Assembly (NCBI GenBank): GCA_947588885.1
Contig: CANQAH010000001.1
Span: forward strand, 6,114-70,113
Origin: an uncultured Clostridia bacterium
GTDB lineage: Bacteria > Bacillota > Clostridia > TANB77 > CAG-508
Reading direction: 5' to 3'
DNA: 64,000 nt
In this document: in pieces, positions 58,450 through 64,000 of the stretch
How positions within the stretch are numbered: the first letter of the stretch is position 1
Layout of the letters: every line of letters starts with the position of its first letter
Notes under the pieces: generated by a model
What the model saw: only the letters and a program-made list of their open reading frames with translations
What the model was told of the DNA's origin: nothing
The model's database searches: none
Made by a program: the position numbers and the translations under genes

Positions 58450-59634
58450 ATGAGTAAAAAAACAGTAAGAGATATTGATGTAAAAAATAAAAAAGTATTA
58501 GTAAGATGCGATTTCAATGTTCCTTATAATGAAGATAGGGTAATTACAGATAATAGAAGAATAGTTGCAGCTTTACCTACAATTAAATATCTTTTAGAAA
58601 ATAATAGTAAAGTAATTCTTTGTTCTCATCTTGGTAGACCAAAAGGAGAAGTAAAACCGGAATTTTCATTAGATATAGTTGCACAGGAATTAACAAAGTT
58701 GTTAGGACAAGAAGTAAAACTTGCTAGTGATGTAGTTGGTGAATCTGCACAGAAATTAACTTCTGAAATGAAAGAAGGAGAAGTTGTTTTATTAGAAAAT
58801 GTTAGATTTGAGCCAGGAGAAGAAAAAAATGATGTTGAACTTTCTAAAAAGTTTGCATCTTTGGCTGAAATATATGTTAATGATGCTTTTGGAACTGCCC
58901 ATAGAGCACATAGTTCTACAACTGGTGTAGCTGAGTTTTTACCAGCAGTATCAGGATTTTTAATTGAAAAAGAGTTAGAATTTTTAGGAAATTCAATAGA
59001 AAATGCAGAAAAACCTTTTGTTGCTATTATAGGTGGAAAAAAGGTATCAGATAAAATTGGACCAATTGAAGCATTACTTGAAAAAGTAGATACATTATTA
59101 ATTGGTGGAGCTATGGCATATACTTTCTTTAAATCTATGGGATATAACATAGGAGATTCATTTTGTGAAGATGATAAATTAGATTTAGCTAAAACAATAA
59201 TGGAAAAGGCAAAAGAAAAGGGAGTTAAACTTTTATTACCAATAGATAATAAAATAGGAAAAGAATTTACTCCAGATACAGAAAGCAAAAATGTTAAATG
59301 TACAGAAATTCCAGACGGTTGGGAAGGTTTTGATATAGGAGAAGAAACAATAAAAGTTTATTCAGAAGAATTAAAAAATGCTAAAACTGTTATTTGGATG
59401 GGACCACTTGGATTATTTGAATTTGATCAATTTGCTGTTGGAACTAATTCTATAGCAAAACTTCTTTCCGAATTAGATATTGTGAAAGTTGTTGGTGGAG
59501 GAGATTCTGCAGCAGCTATTGAAAAATTAGGATTATCTGATAAATTTACACATATTTCAACTGGAGGTAGTGCATCATTAGAATTCATCGAAGGAAAAAA
59601 ATTACCAGGAATAGAAGCACTTCAAGATAAATAA
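58450..59634 (+). CDS. pgk: Phosphoglycerate kinase
   Basis: [18 protein letters not shown], and GGGDSAAA...STGGSASLE. Confidence 0.96.
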   Translation: MSKKTVRDIDVKNKKVLVRCDFNVPYNEDRVITDNRRIVAALPTIKYLLENNSKVILCSHLGRPKGEVKPEFSLDIVAQELTKLLGQEVKLASDVVGESAQKLTSEMKEGEVVLLENVRFEPGEEKNDVELSKKFASLAEIYVNDAFGTAHRAHSSTTGVAEFLPAVSGFLIEKELEFLGNSIENAEKPFVAIIGGKKVSDKIGPIEALLEKVDTLLIGGAMAYTFFKSMGYNIGDSFCEDDKLDLAKTIMEKAKEKGVKLLLPIDNKIGKEFTPDTESKNVKCTEIPDGWEGFDIGEETIKVYSEELKNAKTVIWMGPLGLFEFDQFAVGTNSIAKLLSELDIVKVVGGGDSAAAIEKLGLSDKFTHISTGGSASLEFIEGKKLPGIEALQDK

Positions 59635-59649
59635 GAAAGAGAGTAATAT

Positions 59650-60327
59650 ATGAAAAAGGTAGTAATAGTATTATTAATAATTTCAATTGGTTTAGCAGTA
59701 TTTGTTGGTTTTAAGATTTCAAACAAAAAAAATGAAACAAATAATAATATAGGAAACATATCATCTCAAGAAGAATATTATGGTAAAAGAGGAAATATTT
59801 CAGAAGAAGAAAGAATTAAATTTTTATCTAAAAATGATGAATATTTAGTTGGAATGATGGGAATAGAAAATTCTAGTGAAGCTAAAAATTTTTCTAATGA
59901 TGATATTGTTAAATTTGCATTAAACGTTGCTGTTGAAAGATATTCAACTATGTTATCTAAAAACAAAAAGAAGACAGGATATGTAGTTCCAGTTAGTACA
60001 GTTGATTCTATTATTGCAGAATATTTTACTGTTGATCCAGCAACGATAAGTGCTTCTAAAAGTGAATTCTATTCAACTTCAAATAAAGCATATGTATATA
60101 ATAATACAGCTGAAAAAACATTATATTATTATCCTGTTTCAATGGAAACGAAAGAGGATGGAAGTAAAGAGATTACTGCAGATGCAATATTTATTAATGA
60201 CGAGCAAGCTGCAGAAGATATTGAAAAAGCAAAATACGAGGGAAAATATAGTGAATCAAATGTTGATAGCACTATAAAATTTAAAACTGATGCAAATGGA
60301 AAATTGATTTCTTATCAATATTTATAA
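59650..60327 (+). CDS. Membrane-anchored hypothetical protein inserted between pgk and tpiA
   Basis: N-terminal TM helix VVIVLLIISIGLAVFVGF. Starts 15 nt after the pgk stop and ends 24 nt before the tpiA start. Confidence 0.55.
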   Translation: MKKVVIVLLIISIGLAVFVGFKISNKKNETNNNIGNISSQEEYYGKRGNISEEERIKFLSKNDEYLVGMMGIENSSEAKNFSNDDIVKFALNVAVERYSTMLSKNKKKTGYVVPVSTVDSIIAEYFTVDPATISASKSEFYSTSNKAYVYNNTAEKTLYYYPVSMETKEDGSKEITADAIFINDEQAAEDIEKAKYEGKYSESNVDSTIKFKTDANGKLISYQYL

Positions 60328-60351
60328 TATTGAAATAAAAAGAGGTGTTTT

Positions 60352-61110
60352 ATGAGAAGAAAAGTTATTGCAGGAAATTGGAAAATGAATATGCTTCCTA
60401 ATGAAGCAATAGAATACATAGAAAGTTTTTCTAAACTAGTCGAAAACACAAAAAATGAAGTAATTCTTTGTGTCCCTTATACAGACTTATTTTATGCATT
60501 AATGAATGCTCAAGGCACAAATATTAAGATAGGAGCCCAAAATATGCACTTTGAAGAAAAAGGAGCATACACTGGAGAAGTTTCTGCAAAAATGTTAAAA
60601 TCAATAGGAGTTGAATATGTTATTATAGGACATTCTGAAAGAAGACAATATTTTGCAGAAACAGATGAAACAGTTAATAAAAAGATTAAAGCGGCTTTTG
60701 CAAATGATTTGAAACCGATAGTTTGTGTTGGAGAAACATTAGAACAACGTGAAGCTGGAATAGCAGAAAAAGTTATTACAGAACAAACTAGATTTGCTTT
60801 AGATGGTTTAGAAAAGGAACAAGTAAAAAAAGTTATAGTTGCTTATGAACCAATATGGGCAATAGGAACAGGAAAAACAGCAACATCAGAGGATGCTAAT
60901 AATTCAATAAAATCAATTAGAAATGAAATAAAAAAGATATATGGTGATGATGTAGCGGATAACGTTATTATTCAATATGGTGGAAGTGTAAAATCTTCTA
61001 ATGCAAAAGAATTATTTACAACATCAGATATTGATGGCGGATTAGTTGGTGGAGCTAGTTTAGTTCCTGAAGAATTTGCAAAAATAGTAAATTATGACGA
61101 ACAACAATAA
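60352..61110 (+). CDS. tpiA: Triose-phosphate isomerase
   Basis: AGNWKMN, IGHSERR, and AYEPIWAIGTG. Confidence 0.96.
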   Translation: MRRKVIAGNWKMNMLPNEAIEYIESFSKLVENTKNEVILCVPYTDLFYALMNAQGTNIKIGAQNMHFEEKGAYTGEVSAKMLKSIGVEYVIIGHSERRQYFAETDETVNKKIKAAFANDLKPIVCVGETLEQREAGIAEKVITEQTRFALDGLEKEQVKKVIVAYEPIWAIGTGKTATSEDANNSIKSIRNEIKKIYGDDVADNVIIQYGGSVKSSNAKELFTTSDIDGGLVGGASLVPEEFAKIVNYDEQQ

Positions 61111-61160
61111 AGGATGTAAGGAAACAGCGAAAAAACTGTACCTTAGGAAGGAATGGAAAA

Positions 61161-62684
61161 ATGGATAGAAAAACAACAATGTTAATGATTTTAGATGGGT
61201 TTGGAATAAATGAAAAAGAAGAAGGAAATGCAGTGAAACTAGCAAATATTCCAAATATAAGAAGAATTTTGAAACAATATCCAAATACTATAATACACAC
61301 TAGTGGATTAGATGTTGGACTTCCAGAAGGACAAATGGGAAATTCAGAAGTTGGACATACTAATATTGGAGCAGGAAGAATAATATATCAAGAATTAACT
61401 AGAATAACAAAATCAATAGAAGATGGCGATTTTTTTAGTATTCCTGAATTTGTTACAGCAATTGAAAATTGTAAGAAAAATCATTCTAAATTACATATTA
61501 TGGGATTATTGTCAGATGGAGGAGTTCATAGTCATCAACGTCATTTATATGGTTTGCTAGAAATGGCTAAAAGAAGAGACTTTGAAGATGTATATGTTCA
61601 TTGCTTTTTAGATGGAAGGGATACTCCACCTACTTCAGCAGAAGGTTACCTTGCAGAACTTGAAAATAAAATGAAAGAAAAAGGTATTGGTAAAATTGCT
61701 ACTATTTCAGGTAGATTTTACGCAATGGATAGAGACAAAAGATGGGAAAGGATAGAAAAAGCTTATAATGCTTTAGTATATGGAGAAGGCGAAAAATTTA
61801 CTTCAGTATCAGCAGCTATTGAAAATTCATATCAAAAAGAAATTTTTGATGAGTTTGTTGTACCAACTGTTATTTGTAATAATGAAGGTCCTATAGCTAC
61901 AATTTCTGAAAATGATTCTGTTATTTTCTTTAATTTCAGACCAGATAGAGCTAGACAGATTACTAGAGCAATTGTTGATGAAAATTTTGATGGATTTGAA
62001 AGAAAATATTTTAAAACATATTTTGTTACATTTACAAATTATGATAGTACAATTCCAAATGTAGAAGTAGCTTTTAAAAAGGATGAAATAAAAAATACTT
62101 TTGGTGAATATATAAGTAAAAAAGGATTAACACAATTACGTATTGCCGAAACCGAAAAATATGCTCATGTAACATTTTTCTTTAATGGTGGCGAAGAAAA
62201 ACAATATGAAGGTGAAGATAGAATATTAATTCCATCACCTAAAGTTGAAACATATGATCTAAAACCTGAAATGAGTGCTTTTGAGGTTACAGATAAAGTT
62301 TTAGAAGCAATTAATTCTAAAAAATATGATAGTATTATTTTAAATTATGCTAATCCAGATATGGTAGGTCATACAGGAAATATAGAGGCTACAATAAAAG
62401 CATTAGAAGCGTTAGATGAATGTGTTGAAAAAGTAGTAGATGCAATTCAAGCAAATGGAGATATTTTATTGATTACAGCAGATCACGGAAATGCAGAACA
62501 AATGATAGATTATAAAACAGGTGAATTGCATACAGCTCATACAACTAATCCAGTTCCATTAGCTCTTATTGGTAAAGAGGTAAAATTAAAAGAAGGAAGA
62601 TTAGCTGATATAGCTCCTACAATGCTTGATTTAATGGGAATGGAAAAGCCAAATGAAATGACAGGAGAAAGTTTAGTAGAGTAA
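61161..62684 (+). CDS. gpmI: 2,3-bisphosphoglycerate-independent phosphoglycerate mutase
   Basis: LMILDGFG, MGNSEVGH, and ITADHGNAE. Confidence 0.95.
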   Translation: MDRKTTMLMILDGFGINEKEEGNAVKLANIPNIRRILKQYPNTIIHTSGLDVGLPEGQMGNSEVGHTNIGAGRIIYQELTRITKSIEDGDFFSIPEFVTAIENCKKNHSKLHIMGLLSDGGVHSHQRHLYGLLEMAKRRDFEDVYVHCFLDGRDTPPTSAEGYLAELENKMKEKGIGKIATISGRFYAMDRDKRWERIEKAYNALVYGEGEKFTSVSAAIENSYQKEIFDEFVVPTVICNNEGPIATISENDSVIFFNFRPDRARQITRAIVDENFDGFERKYFKTYFVTFTNYDSTIPNVEVAFKKDEIKNTFGEYISKKGLTQLRIAETEKYAHVTFFFNGGEEKQYEGEDRILIPSPKVETYDLKPEMSAFEVTDKVLEAINSKKYDSIILNYANPDMVGHTGNIEATIKALEALDECVEKVVDAIQANGDILLITADHGNAEQMIDYKTGELHTAHTTNPVPLALIGKEVKLKEGRLADIAPTMLDLMGMEKPNEMTGESLVE

Positions 62685-62711
62685 TAGATACTTAAGAAAA
62701 TGAGGTAAAAA

Positions 62712-63545
62712 ATGTCTATTTCTAGTCAAGAAAGAAGAATTTTTGAGGAAATACAAAAGAAATTATTTTATATGATTCCTGAAAAATGGAATGCAATATA
62801 TTTGTATGCATCAATAAATGAAGAAGATTTTCAAAGACCTATTGGTGAAATGTATTTTTATTATTTGCCAAAAGGAATTTTGAAACGTAATCCTGTAAAT
62901 GTATATCAAATTCCAACATTATTTAATATTGATGATGAAAGCTATAATAATGTAGTTCAAAGCCTTTATACAAGTATAAAACAATTAAGAAATATTCAAA
63001 AGAAATATAATAATGGCATTTGGACAAATGTAACAATTATTATTAAAGATACTCAATTCACAATTGAATATTTTTATGATGATATTGGTAAGTTTTCGGA
63101 GTTTAATCCATACGAAAGACATATAATCTGGAGATATGAGAATCTTGGAATTGAAAAAGATCTTATGACTAAAGAAGAAAAATCAATTATAGAAAGATAT
63201 CAAACAAGTAATCTTAAACTTAGTCGTGAAAATGGAGAAATTCATAGAGAAAATATATACATAGCAGAAACAAGAAATATTATTGATTATGAAAAAACTT
63301 TAACTGTAGAAGCAGCTCTTGCAACTCAAAATATCGAAGAAATTGATAATAAAGGAGAAAAGAAAGAGAAGAAAAAGGAAAAGAAAAAAAGTAAAAAATC
63401 TGAAGAAAACGATGAAGTTGCAAATGAAGCTGATGATGACATTTTATTTGGCAGAGTAGAAAAAATGAAAAATTCATCATATAATCAAATAGATGATAAT
63501 ATGATTTTAAGCACAGAATTTATGAAACCAAAAGAACCTAAATAA
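62712..63545 (+). CDS. YezG/EsaG (DUF600)-family immunity-type protein with a K/E-rich C-terminal extension
   Basis: MIPEKWNAIYLYASINEE...EMYFYY...IWTNVTIIIKDTQFTIEYFYDD...RYENLGI parallels the DUF600 pattern (IPvEWEKVY..a.i...gEvfFnY...EPWTsc.f.f...G.l.v.FdY...YrkfGi). Confidence 0.65.
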   Translation: MSISSQERRIFEEIQKKLFYMIPEKWNAIYLYASINEEDFQRPIGEMYFYYLPKGILKRNPVNVYQIPTLFNIDDESYNNVVQSLYTSIKQLRNIQKKYNNGIWTNVTIIIKDTQFTIEYFYDDIGKFSEFNPYERHIIWRYENLGIEKDLMTKEEKSIIERYQTSNLKLSRENGEIHRENIYIAETRNIIDYEKTLTVEAALATQNIEEIDNKGEKKEKKKEKKKSKKSEENDEVANEADDDILFGRVEKMKNSSYNQIDDNMILSTEFMKPKEPK

Positions 63546-63555
63546 AGGTTCTTTT

Positions 63556-63596
63556 TTTATATAATAGGAAAGCTTCACTAAATTTGCACACAAATT
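63556..63596 (+). repeat. Family B fragment (fused M1 half and M2 start)
   Basis: tttatataataggaaagcttcactaaatttgcacacaaatt. Confidence 0.55.
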
Positions 63597-63723
63597 ATTT
63601 TTATAAAAATTTATAGAAATAATATTTGTTGTTCATTTTTATTATAATAATTAAAATTTTGAATAAAAAACAAATTTTAATTTCTATGTATGTAAATCTC
63701 TTATTTGTAAATAATAAAAATGA

Positions 63724-64000
<277 letters not shown>

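Overview
Low-GC (by eye under ~30% GC) Firmicutes/Clostridia-type chromosomal segment with the standard genetic code. It is dominated by + strand housekeeping genes: pyrG, two aspS paralogs, comEC, a clpE-like gene, mltG, greA, glyQS, trpS, obg, lexA, mutS2, mreB, mtaB and a gap-pgk-tpiA-gpmI-eno cluster (eno runs off the right edge). No rRNA, tRNA or CRISPR array was seen. Several things stand out against this core. (1) There are two abundant families of structured intergenic repeats. Family A is a long-hairpin unit of ~125-185 bp in tandem arrays at 1-470, 23872-24285 and 45716-46220, plus a degenerate single copy at ~40930-41000. Family B is a modular three-hairpin element of ~160 bp with at least 14 full or partial copies, each co-oriented with the gene whose 3-prime end it follows. 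(2) A 2.6 kb islet at 30.2-32.8 kb holds three GC-rich, exactly 459-nt paralogous ORFs of unknown family. Each has its own near-consensus promoter, GGAGG RBS and hairpin terminator, and they are interleaved with family B elements and an IS200-type tnpA remnant. This is my top candidate for an undescribed system, possibly an orphan immunity or anti-defence cassette array. (3) A cluster at 35.7-39.3 kb encodes a sigma-70/ECF-like factor fused through a TM helix to an extracytoplasmic PepSY-like domain, a free paralog of that sensor domain, a translationally coupled secreted protein (possible papain-fold peptidase) and a pseudo-receiver/Spo0A_C-like regulator. (4) Four perfect DnaA boxes lie in a 540-bp ORF-free gap at 39.5-40.0 kb. 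(5) Two T-box leaders are present, and the one before aspS2 appears to carry an Asn (AAC) specifier. (6) Smaller oddities include a membrane-anchored cohesin plus dockerin pair, a YezG/EsaG (DUF600)-like immunity gene and another foreign ORF inside the glycolytic operon, a bacterial Thg1-like gene, and a Q/N-rich protein. All functional calls come from motif recognition by eye; no database search was run.
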